A stretch of 63,717 nt of DNA, taken from NCBI GenBank assembly GCA_030324005.1, contig JARDVH010000025.1, positions 69,489,696-69,553,412 on the forward strand, given 5' to 3'. The notes beneath the pieces are model-generated. The model did no database searches. It was not told the origin of the DNA and saw only the letters and a list, made by a program, of their open reading frames with translations. Origin of the DNA: Negaprion brevirostris (lineage: Eukaryota). Position 1 is the stretch's first letter. Each line of letters opens with the position of its first letter. The position numbers and the translations under genes were made by a program. This document shows positions 12,230-24,949 of this stretch, piece after piece.

Positions 12230-13515
12230 GGACACCACGAAAATTCCTCTGCTCTTCTTGAAATAGTTGCATGGGACTTTTTGCGTCCTCAGAAGGTTAA
12301 GTGGAGCCTCAATCTGATTAGAAAGACAATGAATGCGATTCTCCCAAAAAAGTTTTANNNNNNNNNNNNNNNNNNNNNNNNNNNNNNNNNNNNNNNNNNN
12401 NNNNNNNNNNNNNNNNNNNNNNNNNNNNNNNNNNNNNNNNNNNNNNNNNNNNNNNNNNNNNNNNNNNNNNNNNNNNNNNNNNNNNNNNNNNNNNNNNNNN
12501 NNNNNNNNNNNNNNNNNNNNNNNNNNNNNNNNNNNNNNNNNNNNNNNNNNNNNNNNNNNNNNNNNNNNNNNNNNNNNNNNNNNNNNNNNNNNNNNNNNNN
12601 NNNNNNNNNNNNNNNNNNNNNNNNNNNNNNNNNNNNNNNNNNNNNNNNNNNNNNNNNNNNNNNNNNNNNNNNNNNNNNNNNNNNNNNNNNNNNNNNNNNN
12701 NNNNNNNNNNNNNNNNNNNNNNNNNGCCCCCCCTCCCCCACCCGCCGGCAGCTCCCCCCCCCCGCCCCCCGCCAGCCTGTCCCGATTGCTGGCCTCCCTC
12801 CATTCCTGACTGATCCTCATGCAGAGCAGAACCTCCCATCCCAATGAATCACCCTGTAGGCCCTGCCCCCAGCTGGCACCTCCCCAGGCTCCACCCCAGC
12901 ACTGCCCCATACCATGTGGGCAGTGCCAAGGTGCCCACTGGGCATGGGCACTTTGCCCCTTGGGCAGTGCCAGGGCACAAGTTGGCACTGTCTGGGTGCC
13001 CATGTTCAGGGGACATCCCTCCCCCACTGCCTGACCCCTTGGTTTGGCCACCGATTGCCCCCTACACTCCAGGGAGGTCAGATTGCTTGTTCCATGAATG
13101 TGGAGAGCTAGTCTGAACCCCGCTGGAGTGAAATACACCTGGGAGGATGGGAGATGCTAGCAGGCCTGGAGACTTCAGTCCTGGGGCCGTTAATCACATT
13201 TAAATGACATTAAAATAAGAATTAAATCACTTACCTGCTGTTCTTGCCGGTTTCCAGTGCAATCCTGACTCCGCCAATATCTGGAGATGCACGCATGGCA
13301 GGAATGCATGCACAAATCCCACGACTCACCACACACGCGATTCTTCCGCCCCGCCACATTGAGAATCGCCCCCAATGCCTCTGACAGTACAGCACTCCCT
13401 CAGTACTTCGCTGACAGGCCAGCTCAGATTACGAGTTCAAGCCTCCAAAGTAAATCTTGAACCCACAATGATTTGACTCAGTAACCAGCACATTTCCACT
13501 GAACCAAAGCTGAAA
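12230..13515 (-). mobile_element. DeuSINE-type SINE split into 12230-12330 and 13376-13515 by a TIR element
   Basis: ctctgctcttcttgaaatagt..catggga.ttt...gaaagac continues after the insertion as gcctctgacagtacagcactccctcagtac...cttgaacccacaa..tgactcag. Confidence 0.75.
12331..13373. mobile_element. Non-autonomous PIF/Harbinger-like TIR element
   Basis: Ends ..gcgattctc / gagaatcgccccc flanked by a 3-bp AAT duplication. The GC-rich interior with gggcagtgcc motifs is shared with 20709-21473. Partly gap. Confidence 0.65.
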
Positions 13516-14959
13516 CTTAATCATCTATAATTCACAGAGCAAGCCAGCTGATTGATTCCTGCTTATCAGGGACAAATCCGGATCAGGGAATTTTACCACT
13601 TTATCAGTACCACAAATGCTTTTTTATTGTCTCCCTTTTGTGGTGTTGCTGTCCGATCTCCAGCTGCAGCAACCTTCTTCCTCACAACAGCAAATGCCTC
13701 AGCTCAAGCACTGAACCCACTGACCACATTTAAATACTCCTGATAGCATAAAGTGTGCTGGTGATTGGTGATTTGGGTAGGTGGATCGTTCGACCTCACT
13801 ACATCTCTGGCAGTTTTGCCACTGGAGCAGACAATCCTACATGCCCTGTAAGATTTTGCAGAAAACATTGGCAGGAGAGTTGGGGGGGGTGAACTATTCA
13901 CAGAAATCAAATCAATGTTGCTCCTACAGGGATACAAATGTCAAACATGTATCGTAAATAGCCTCCATGATACTTGTATTTGACTGATACAGCTTGACCT
14001 ATTGCATCATCTAACCAATGTAGAGCAATCAATCAACATTGTGAACTCCCTGACCCGTAACTCTTTTAAAATCCACATAAAGTTCTCGATCAAACTTCAG
14101 TTAGTGTGATTGCTGAGGCCTTTAATTATTTTATTACTGTTCAGGTGAGATATTCCAGCCAAACTCATCTGTGATCCTTGCAAACCTTCAAATAGAGATA
14201 ATTCTACCCTTCCCGTTATGTTTATTTACATGGGATTTAAATCCTCCTGCCTGCCCATCTGAGACAGAAAATTGTGCATTGTGTAACTGTGATGGGCATG
14301 TGATGGTAAAAACTAGGTCAGAACTCTGATTCATTGAGTCTCGATCTTGCCTGGGAGTGATCTTTGACTCTGCCTTAAGGTTAAACGGTGGACCAAATGT
14401 ATAGTTTTCCAAGTTTGGAATTCTTATGGCCCTGCCTGCCAAACACTGATAAGGGAATTAGCAGCTGGTACACCCAGAAGCAAGAGCTACCTTGGCCTTT
14501 GCAGTAACAGTTGCAGGACCCACATTGATGTCTAAGCATAGAAGAGGAGGATTTTCACATTTTAAAATGTTTTTCTTTCACGTGATAAGGAAGCTAGCAG
14601 AAGTACAGACAGAGGTTTTCTGGGTGGGTTGGGGGAGTGGGGTACGGATGATGGGCAAGACCACCTTGGACATTAATACACAGACAGCAGAGATCATCAA
14701 CAATACTCTGATTTTTACATCTAAAGCAAGAAATTTTGAGAGCTCCAAAAAAACTTCAGAGCAGATATTTGCATTAATTTGAGAGAATGCAAGCACAATG
14801 TTCACAGAAAAGAATGATGACCGACAATGGAAGTAACTTAAGAGCTTAAGAACTTTTAGAATCAGAAGAAGAGACAAAATCTCAAAGCAGTCTAGTTCAC
14901 AGTCTCATCCTTCTCCAGGAACATGCCTGGTTTCCTTCTGAACTTATTTAATTGCTTCA

Positions 14960-15330
14960 AGAGCTTTCTCTGGTAGCTTAGTTCTGGAACTCTAGTACAC
15001 CTTGTGCAAATAAGTATTATATTTGAGCTTTTATCATTCCTTATTTCCTATTTCAACATTTGCTCATGGCCATTTGACCCTATTAACTTACGTGTTTTGA
15101 TCAACTTCGTAAATTCTATTTGAGTTATCAAAATTTTATAAGGTAACCTCCAGATTTCCTTTTACAATGAGAATAAGCCTGATTTTCTTAACCTCCTCAA
15201 ATTAGATTCCTGGTTGCCTCTGTACATCTCAAGGGCAACAATTTGCCTTCTAAAATTACGTGAATAGAACCGCATACTGTAGTCACAATACCATATGACC
15301 ACCATCTTACTCAGTAACAATGTATCCTCC
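14960..15330 (-). mobile_element. Very old CR1 3' fragment
   Basis: gagaataagcctgattttcttaacctcctcaaa...agaaccgcatactgtagtcacaata resembles the reverse CR1 ORF2 end; heavily decayed. Confidence 0.45.
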
Positions 15331-15613
15331 GATTTTAGATTACGTGCACCATTTAGTATCTTACACACACAGGCGCTGGGGAATGATAATGTACTAACCT
15401 GACAATACAGCATACCAAACTTTTAAAGGGACAATATGTTTTTTTTCTTTTTTTTGGTTCCCAGAGACACCACAACACTGGGCCATCACGTGGAGTGGAT
15501 GGAGCAAGCCCCCANNNNNNNNNNNNNNNNNNNNNNNNNNNNNNNNNNNNNNNNNNNNNNNNNNNNNNNNNNNNNNNNNNNNNNNNNNNNNNNNNNNNNN
15601 NNNNNNNNNNNNN

Positions 15614-15702
15614 NACAGACAGTGACCCAAGCTGGGAATCAAACCCAGGTCCCTGGAGCTGTGAAGCAGCAGTGCTAACCACTGTGCTACTATGCCACCC
15701 AT
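15614..15702 (-). mobile_element. V-SINE tRNA head
   Basis: gggaatcaaaccc..ctgtgaagcagcagtgctaaccactgtgc is the reverse of the head. Confidence 0.8.
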
Positions 15703-15704
15703 AA

Positions 15705-17697
15705 GTGTGGCACATATCAGGAATCCTTGATAACTAGGGATATTATGAGCCTTGTCAAAAAGAAAAAGGAAGCATTTGTAAAGTCTAAAAGGCTTGGAAC
15801 AGGCCTTGAAGAATATAAAGAATGTAGGAAGGAACTTAAGGAAGGAGTTAGGAGAGGTAAGAAGGGTCATGAAAAGTCCTTGGCAAATAGGAATAAGGAA
15901 TATCCTAAGGCATTTTATGCATATGTTAAGAGCAAGAGGGTAGCCAGGGAAAGGATTGGTCCACTCAAGGATACTGGAGGGAATCTATGCATGGAACCAG
16001 AGGAAATGGGTGAGATATTAAATGAATACTTTGCCTCAGTATTCACCAAGGAGAGGGACTTGGTGTACGTAGATATTCTGGGTCAGGTCGATATCAAAAA
16101 GGAGCTGCTATTGGGCATCTTACAAAGTATTAAAGTAGACAAGTCCCCAGGGCCTGATGGGATCTAGCCCAGAATATGGAGGGAGAAAAAGATGGAAATT
16201 GCTAGGGCCTTGATAGAAATCTTTGAATACTCATTGACTGCAGGTGAAATTTCAGATGACTGGAGGTTAGCCAATGTTGTTTCATTGTTTAAGACCAACA
16301 ACAGGGATAATGCGGGAAATTATAGGCTGGTAAGCCTTACGTCAGTGGTAGGAAATTATTGGAAAAGTTTCTTAGGGACAGGCTTTATTCACATTTGGAA
16401 ACAAATGGACTTATTATTGAAAGATAGCATGGTTGTGTGAAGGGGGGGGTGTGCTTCACTAACTTGATCAAGTTTTTTGAGGAAGTGACAAAGATGATAG
16501 ATGAGGGAAAGGCAGTTGATGCTGTATACATGGACTTCAGTAAAACCTTTGACAAGGTACCTCATGGTCAACTGGTACAAAAGGTGAAGTCACACAGGAC
16601 CAGAGGAGAACTGGCAAGATGGACACAGGACTGGCTTGGTGATAGAAGACAGAGAGTAGCAGTAGAGGGCGCTTTTCTGAATGGAGGGCTGTAACTAGCG
16701 GCGTTCCACAGGGATTAGTACTGGCACCTTCGTTGTTCGGAGTATATTTGAATGATTTGGAGGAAAATGTAGCTCGTCTTATCAGTAAGTTTGCAGATGA
16801 CACAAAAATTGGTGGAGTTGCTGATCGTGAAAAGGATTGTCAGAGAATACAGCAAGATATAAACTGCTTGGAGAGTCGGGCGGAGAAATGGCAGATGGAG
16901 TTTAATCCAGACAAGTGTGTGATAATACATTTTGGAAGGTCCAATGCATGTAGGAATTATATAGTAAATGGTAGAACCTTTAGGAGTATTGACAGGCAGA
17001 GAAATCTGGGCATATATGCCCACTGATCACTGAAAGTGGAAATGCAGCTGGATAAGGTAGTGAAGAAGGCATATGGCAAGCTTGCCTTCATCAGTCGGAG
17101 CATTGAGTAAAAAAATTCACAGGTCATGCTGCAACTGTACAGAGCCTCATTTAAAATATTGTGTATAATTCTGGTTGCCAGACCACCAGAAGGATATAGA
17201 TGCTTTGGAGAGGGTACAGAAGAGGTTTACCAGGATGTTGCCTGGTCTGCAGGGTACTAGCTATGAGAAGAGGTTGGATAAACTTGGTTTGTTCTCACTG
17301 GAATGACAGAGGTTGTGGGGTGACCTAATAGATGTTTACAAGTTTATGAGTGGCATGGACAGAGTGGATAGTCAGATGCTCTTTCCTAGGGTAGAAAAGT
17401 CAAGTACTTGGGAACATAGATTTAAAGTGCATGAGGAAAAATTTAGAGGAGATGTACGAGACAAGTTTTTTTATACAAAGGATGGTGAATATCTGGAACA
17501 TGCTGCCCATGGAGGTGGTGGGAGCAGGTATGATAGCGGCATTTAAGGGGCAACTGGATGAATACATGAATAAAATGGGAATGAAAGGATACGGACTCCA
17601 TAAGTGCGTACAGTTTTAATTTAAGCAGGCATCATGATCGGCCAGACTGGAAAGGCTGAAGGGCCTGTTCCTGTGCTGTACTTTTCTCTGTTCTTTA
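15705..17697 (+). mobile_element. CR1 LINE ORF2 (RT) plus 3' UTR, 5'-truncated, with stops and frameshifts
   Basis: Peptides LNEYFASVFT, KSPGPDGI, DWRLANVVSLFK..NYRLVSLTSVVG, YMDFSKTFDKVPHG, ISKFADDTKIGG, WQMEFNPDKC; 3' tail gaagggcctgttcctgtgctgtac. Confidence 0.95.
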
Positions 17698-18529
17698 TTG
17701 TGATTTTAGAGTCACCTTGAATGATATGTTATGGGACAGATTCGTCTGCAGAGTGAATAACAAAGTGATTCAACAGAGATTACTTGCAAAGGTCGACATA
17801 AATTTTAAAAGAGCAATGGAGATAACACAGGCAATGGAAAGTGCTGAAAAACATGCACAAGAATTAAAGAGCACGCCAAATGGCACTGTTCACTAGTTAG
17901 GGTGGGAAGCTGCAGTCAGCAGTGGCACTAAAACCGAAAAAGTAGTCACATGGCAGGAAACAAGTTCAGTCACAAATAAGACAAGAAGATTTAAAAGAGG
18001 CAATCAGTCAACAAAGTATGAAGTGGAGTGTTACCAATGTGAAAGTAACCACTCCCCAGAATCCTGTAATTATAAAGGAGGCTGTGTGTTTTTCTTTTGT
18101 CATAGGAGGGGCATAGGTGCAAGTTGAGTCAAGTCTACTGAGTAGCCGATAAAATAATGTGTAACCAGTGTACAATGTGAAACAGTCTAGCACCAATGAT
18201 TTAAATATTCACTCACTGTTTAATGTTAAAGAGGGCATAATGGCTCATATTACTGTAATGCTCCTGTAAATTGGAAGACTGTTAAGATGGAAGTTGATAC
18301 AGGAGCATCAGCGACTGTGATAGGTGAGCATATATATCGGTACTTGAGAGAAGGATTCAACCACTGAATTTGAAGGTCACTGTGACCAAGTTAACAACTT
18401 GCCTGGTGAAGCAATAAAAAGAGTGGACACTGCAATGCTACCTGTAAGCTATGGGCAACAGTCCCAGTAATCATAGTGACAGGTGAAGGACCAAGCTTTC
18501 TTGGCCACAGTTGGGTTAAGGAAATCAGA

Positions 18530-19210
18530 AGACCATAAGAAGAACATTTGAACTAGGAGTAGGCAATTTAGCCCCTTGAGCCTGGTCTGTAATGTAATAT
18601 GATCATGACTGATCTCATCTTGGCCTCAATTCCACTTATTTGNNNNNNNNNNNNNNNNNNNNNNNNNNNNNNNNNNNNNNNNNNNNNNNNNNNNNNNNNN
18701 NNNNNNNNNNNNNNNNNNNNNNNNNNNNNNNNNNNNNNNNNNNNNNNNNNNNNNNNNNNNNNNNNNNNNNNNNNNNNNNNNNNNNNNNNNNCCTAAAACT
18801 ATGACTCACTTGTTCTAGATTGCCCCACACGAGGAAACATCTTCTCCATGTCTACTTTGACAATCCACATTATCATCTTGTACACCTCAACTAGACCTCT
18901 TTTCATTCTTCTAAGCTCCAGGGAGTATACGCCCAATCTACCCAATTTCTCTTCATAAAACAAACTTCTCATTTCAGGAATCAATTTAGTGAACCCTCTC
19001 TGAACTGCCTCCAATGCAGCTACATTCCTCCTCTAGTCAGGAGCCCAAACTGTATAGAATATTCCAAGTGCGGTCTCACTAATGCTTTGCACAGTAGCAG
19101 CAACACTTCACGACTTTTATATTCTATTTCTTTAGCAATAAATGAATGTCAAGTTTCCATTTGCCTTCCTTATGCCTGTCGTACCTGCTTACTCATTTTC
19201 TGCGATTCGT
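18530..19210 (-). mobile_element. CR1 3' portion inserted between the Gypsy protease and RT
   Basis: Minus-strand EAVQRGFTKLIPEM..LYSLE..R motif and CR1 tail. The Gypsy frame WVKEI|KLNW resumes after it. Confidence 0.88.
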
Positions 19211-20708
19211 TCAAGTTAAATTGGACTGAGATTTTCCAAGTGTGGGAAGGAGAACTATTCCATCTGATGAAGAAATATGACTGCATGTTTAGGGATGATT
19301 TAGGCAAAACAAAAGGCCTCAATTCTTTAAGACAAGATCAACCAGTACCATATGCTTTATGAAAGTAGATACTGAATTAAAGTGACTTGAAGAATTGGAT
19401 ATTATCCAGCCAGTTCAGTTCTCAGAATGGGCAGCACTGATAATTCCCATATTGAATCTGGGCAGGATTATTCACATTTGTGGTGATTACAAGTTAACAG
19501 TAAATCGGGCTGCCAAGTTGGATAAATATCCAATCCAAGTTGGATCTAAGCTGGCTGGAGGTCAATCTTATTGAAAGCTAGATATGAATCACGCATATTA
19601 ACAACTCAAATTAGTCAATGCTTCCTGAAGTTACGTCATGATAAACACACACAAAGAGTTGTTCCAATACATGCCCCTGCCTTTTGACATGTCTTCAGCA
19701 TGTGCAATTTTCCAGAGGACGATAGAGCATCTGCTGCAGGGGTTGTCAGGAGTTGTGGTATACCTTGGTGATGTTCTTATTACTGGATTGATGGACGCTG
19801 AGCATCTAGCTAACTTAGAGGAGTTGCTGAGGAGAATTCAAGAGTCTGAGTCCACCTCAAGAAGGAGAAATGTACCTTTCAAGCCAGTGAGATAGCCTAT
19901 CTGGGGTATCATGAAAATGCACAAGAGTTACACCCCATGGAAAACAAGATCAAGACCACGAAGAAGGCATTGGCCCCCAAAACCACATCTGAACTCAAGT
20001 CAATTTTGGGAGTAGTAAGTTACAATTAACCAAACTTGTCAATGTTATTGGCCCCCTTGCATTGTGCGAAAGAAACATCAGTGTTGGTCCGAGAAGACTC
20101 CCCAGAAAAATATTTCAACAGAATAAAACAATTGCTGTAATCTTCGAATGTTAGTACATTTTGACCTGTTGAAGGAACTGATCTTGTCTTGCCCTGAAGT
20201 TATGTCATGATAAACACGCAAAAAGGGTTGTTCCAATACATGCTCCTGCCTTTTGACAATGGATCTGAAAGGCCAATAGGCTATGTCTCAAGAACCCTTT
20301 TAGAGGCTGTAAAAGGTACTCATAAGTTGAGAAAGAAGGATCATCAATAGCTTTTGGTGTCAAGAAATTCCACAGGTATTGTACGGTAAGCATTATAGCA
20401 TCATTTCTGACTACAAGCCATTTTTGGGTCTTTTTAAAGAAGACAAGGCTATTCTGCTGATCGCATTGGCAAGAATTCAATGTTGGGTGTTAATTTTGTC
20501 TGCCCATGATTATATGTTTAAGCATCAACGTAGAACACACATAGTGAATGCAAATGCACGTCGCCACCTACATTTACAAGAAAGTGTCACAGCTGCTCCT
20601 GTCAGGAAATTATCATGACATTGAGTTTTTGGAAATGTTGCTAGTCTTGGCAATGCAGATGAGGTACTGGAGCAGTCAGGATCCACATCTGTCCAAAGTA
20701 AGACACAA

Positions 20709-21473
20709 GGATTGGGATTCTCCCCAAAAAAATTCTAAGTCACCAATTTATGTGAAAAGGGGAGTAACTCCCACTGGCACTCTGTGCATCACAGATTGTC
20801 CTAGCAGGATTCGCTCTGAAAATCAGTAGGCAAGGCATATGCCGGTGGAGAAGCTGGCAGCATAATGATATGCTAGCCACTGCATATCAGCCGATCTGTC
20901 AGTACCAAGAGTGGTGCATTTGCAGTGGACCCACATTGTCAGCTCCTGATCGTTGGCCAGCTCAATTGCTGCTCAGTCCTACAAGCCCCTGTTGTTGGCT
21001 TCCTGGAGCTCCCTGGGCCAGCCCTGATCCACCAGCCGGCAGTCTCAAGTTCCCGATTCCTGCCCTTATGATAGTGTCTCCCCAGCCCTTCAGCAGCCTT
21101 GATCCCCAGCAACCCCGACCATCATCCTCCCTCCCTCTGCCAGTGATCCCGAATGCAGAGTGGCAGCGAGATGCCCCAACCCCACCAATTGCCCCCAATA
21201 GGCCCTGCTAACCACCACCCCCCCACCCCCATCCCACCCCTTGTCACTGCTTGATGGGAAGTGCCACTGTACCCTTGGGCTTTGCCACTGTCAGGCTGGC
21301 ACTGCCCGGCTAACTGTGCAAAAGGGGTGCACCTCCTTACCCCAGTCTCTTGGGAGTGCCTCAATGGCCTCTGTTCCCTCCAGTGGGGTTGGTTGCCTGT
21401 TCTCCATTTACAGGAGCAGCTGTAAACCCTGCTGGACTGCTCGAGCATTGCAGCCGGTTGGGAGAATTGTCTG
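20709..21473. mobile_element. Non-autonomous PIF/Harbinger-like TIR element inserted in the Gypsy RH-IN junction
   Basis: Ends ..gggattctccc / gggagaattgtc with CAA(G) on both flanks. The start attctccccaaaaaaattcta is shared with 12331. Gypsy frame DPHLSKVRHK|IRTGW is restored on removal. Confidence 0.7.
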
Positions 21474-21599
21474 CAAGATACGCACAGGTTGGGTCAATGA
21501 GCCAGTTTCTGAAGAATTGAAGCCATTTGTTACCTGCAAGGATGAATTGAGTTGCTAGAATGGTATCATACTCTGGGAGCAAGAGTAGTCATCCCTATA

Positions 21600-22454
21600 C
21601 CATGATGTGGAGATGCCGGCGTTGGACTAGGATAGACACACAACACCCAGGTTAAAGTCCAATAGGTTTATTTGGAATCATGAATTTTAAGAGCATTGCT
21701 CCTTCATCAGGTGAGTGGAGGTTAGTTCACAAACATGACATATATAGGCAAAGACACAATTGCAAGATAATTAAATATTGGAATGTGAAGAATGGTCGGA
21801 ATGCAAGTCTTTACAGGTAATCAAGTCTTTACAGGTACAGACAGTGCAAGTGGAGAGAGGGATAATCACAGATTAAAGAGGTGTGAATTGTCTCAAGCTG
21901 GGACAGTTAGTAGGATTTTGCAAGTGAGACCATACAAACACTACACTAATGGATAACAGACACCGTGTGACAATCGCCAGACAGGTGTGTTCCTTTCCAC
22001 TCAGGGAACACTTCTGCAGTCAAGGGCATTCAGCCTTCACATAAGTGTTCTCCAAGGCAGCCTTCAAGACACATGTCAACGCTGAATCACCGAGCAGAAA
22101 CTGATAGCCAAGTTCCGAACACATGAGGATGGCCTCAACCGAGATCTTCAGTTCATGTCACACTACATGTGATCCGCACCATTTGCCTGGGCTTGCAAAG
22201 TCCGGCTAACTGTCCTGGTTTGAGACAATTCACACCTCTTTAACCTGTGATAATCCCTCTCTCCACTCGCACTATATGTACCTGTAAAGACTTGGTTACC
22301 TGTGAAGACTTGCATTCCAACCATTCTTCACATTCCAGTCTGTAATTATCCTGCAATTGTGTCTTTGTCTAAATATGCCACACTTGTGAAACTACCTCTC
22401 CATTCACCTGATGAAGGAGCAGCGCTCCAAAAGCTCATGATGCCAAATAAACCT
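21600..22454 (+). mobile_element. Penelope-like element with inverted pLTR arrangement, inserted in the Gypsy integrase
   Basis: 21666-21924 is an inverted copy of 22192-22454. The centre encodes the GIY-YIG C-terminal half (ETIQTL...PLREHFCSQGHSA...EQKLIAKFRTHEDGLNRD). Flanks atccctata / attcctata look like a 9-bp TSD. Confidence 0.88.
22405..22440 (+). ncRNA. Minimal hammerhead ribozyme relic in the Penelope pLTR
   Basis: cac-CTGATGA-a-ggagc-agc-gctcc-(A)AAA-gc-TC-atg. The core, stem II and palindromic AGCT stem III are present. The GAAA G and one stem I base have changed in a way consistent with CpG decay. Confidence 0.7.
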
Positions 22455-23689
22455 ATTCCTATAGCAGGCAGACAGCCACTGCTCATGGAATTACACAGTG
22501 CTCATTCGGACATCTCAAAGATGAAGATGCTTGCCAGTGGTTATGTGTGGTGACCTGGCATTGATGCAGACATTGAGAGCTTAGTCAAGTACATGAACAG
22601 GGCCACTTGCAACAAGGATTGCCTACTGCAGTCCCACTTCACCCTTGGGAATGGCCTGGATGGCCATGGACAAAGGTCCATATTTACTCTGTTGGTCCAT
22701 TCATGGGCACAATATTTCTATTCATTGTTGATGCACACTTTAAATGGAAGGATATTTTTGAACTGAAATCTCTTCAATCTCTTGCTACTCTTGAAAGACC
22801 AATGTTTTTCCACCCACAGAACACCTGGTCATAGTGTCTGACAATGGAAAAGTATTCACAAGGGCTGAGTTTCAAAATTTCACCACATTTAATAGTATAA
22901 AGCACATTAGAACTTTGCCTACCACCCAGCATCCAATGGATTAGCTAAGTCAGCCATCCAAACTTTTAAGTCTGGCTTAAAGAAACAGTCCGGAGGAACC
23001 CTGCAGACTAGAATTTCACGCTTCCTTCTTGGCTACAGGCCACTCCGCTTGCAATGACGGGAGTCCCTCCAGCAGGGTTGTTAATGAATGTCAGAGCCCT
23101 GTATTTCCAAATTTGCCTGGGAGGGTAGAGGGCAGCCAATATAGTCAAAGGGCAAGTCTTGATGATTCATGTCAGATTACATGGTCATTTATGGTGGATG
23201 ACATCATGTTTGTGAAGAATTTTGGTTCAGGTCAAATTGGGTTCCTGGAATTGTTGTCCCTAGAACTGGACCCTGTCACATCAAGTGGATGTAGAAGGGA
23301 GGATCATCTGAAAACATATAGACTGTTTGAGAAAAGCGAGATACCCCAGCAGCTGGTTTTGCCATTGGGAAGTATTTTGCCATCTGGAAACGTTGCTAAC
23401 CGTTTTAGCACTGAAGTACCTGGTTGTCCTTTGGCAGGTACAACTGATGTTTCCATGGAAACAGATAGAATTGAACTGCCTGCACCTGAAGTGGGATCTG
23501 TCATTGTGGTTTCGGCTGACAGCAATCCTGTGGAAGTGCCCCAGACAGAGAAGTTACACCGCTCCACAAGGATTCAGAAACCCCTGGAAAGTCTTGATTT
23601 ATAATTGGCTAAATTCATATACTGACTATTTAATTATCTGTGTAAATTGAGTACTGACATTTGTACAAAGGGACTTAGAAGGGGAGGGA

Positions 23690-23893
23690 TACGATTATTG
23701 TCCTTTTACAGGTAAGTAAGGGTCACATATTGTGGGGAACACATCAGGGAGCAGGATGAGGGATCAGCTTGGCAAGCACGGGCTACTATACTCAGAGTCA
23801 TCTCAGGAGCTGATTGCAGTCACGAGGCTATTTTAACCTGTAAATAAACAAGTTGTGTTTTCCCTAAACTGGTGAACGAGCATCGTTACAACA
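23690..23893 (+). repeat. Putative 3' LTR of the Gypsy element (~200 bp)
   Basis: Directly follows the polypurine tract agaaggggagggat (~23676-23690), contains AATAAA (~23843) and ends ...gttacaaca. The expected 5' TG appears mutated and no matching 5' LTR is visible. Confidence 0.6.
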
Positions 23894-24035
23894 AACCACA
23901 TAATTATATATTTCAATACGCCATATGTTGTTGCATTATGTGTTTTGCAAGCAGACAAAGAAATATGTGCCAAAATAGTGCGCTTTTAATCTTTGAAGAT
24001 GTACAGCATAATGTGGACACAGTCTTCGTAAATCA

Positions 24036-24299
<264 letters not shown>

Positions 24300-24949
24300 C
24301 TAGAGCACAATGCACTTCAGAAATGTCACTACAGAAATCTGAGATGACTGAATCATCTTCTGAATTCATTGATTTGTCAGCAATTTTCAACCAAAAATGA
24401 ACCAATTATTACCATTGAACCAGGCACCATAGAAGGGAAATTTCCAACAGGTAAATCTGGTGAATACCCATTTTCCCATTTGATTTAATGTTCCAGCAAG
24501 CTGTCCAGCAATCCTACCCAAGACAAGCTACAGACAGTTTAAATCTGAAATTCAGAGACCAATGCCAGTCATAAAACACAACGCTACAAATGGGCAGAAC
24601 ATGCACCATGCACATTAGTTCCAGTTGTTCAATTAGTTGAACAGTCTAACTAGTTGCCTTAAAAGAATCTCTGGAGACCACACAGAAAAGGTACATTTTG
24701 TTTTAAAAGACTACAACAAGAAAACTGCAACTTGAACCTCATAGTACAATGTTGCAAATGGCTCATAAGGAGATGAATGCAGACTTGGACACTGTAGGGA
24801 TTCTATGGTTCTAAATCTGCAGCTGATCAATAATTTCACCTGAGGTGAGAGCACAAGAGTCAGCATCCTCAGATATGGGTGGCACACAAGATGATTGTGC
24901 AGTCTGAGCTGCCAGAGCCACAGATCTGACACATTGGTTTTAAAAAAAT

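Larger units (their letters stand above)
17698..23893 (+). mobile_element. Ty3/Gypsy LTR retrotransposon (Mag-like), decayed; gag-PR-RT-RH-IN, PPT and 3' LTR; three nested insertions
   Basis: gag LNDMLWDRFVC..IQQRLLAK..FKRAMEITQAMESAEK (17700-17870). PR MEVDTGASATVI (~18288). RT PVPYAL, QPVQFSEWAA, ICGDYKLTVN, INTHKELFQY, VYLGDVLITG. RH SERPIGYVSRTL, FGVKKFH. IN ELHSAH..KMKMLASGYVW, PLHPWEWP, IVSDNG, PYHPASNGLA. The RT-RH-IN order is Gypsy-type. Confidence 0.93.

Noticed and set aside
12179-13138. Long ORFs of 150-300 aa (also 25104-25841, 30251-30744, 32655-33293, 45621-46184, 60042-60506)
   Set aside because: Their length comes from N-gap read-through, and the flanking sequence is repeat-derived.
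23029-23604. 191-aa ORF as a novel gene or env
   Set aside because: Frameshifted Gypsy integrase C-terminus (FVKNFGSG..., LHRSTRIQKP), directly before the PPT.
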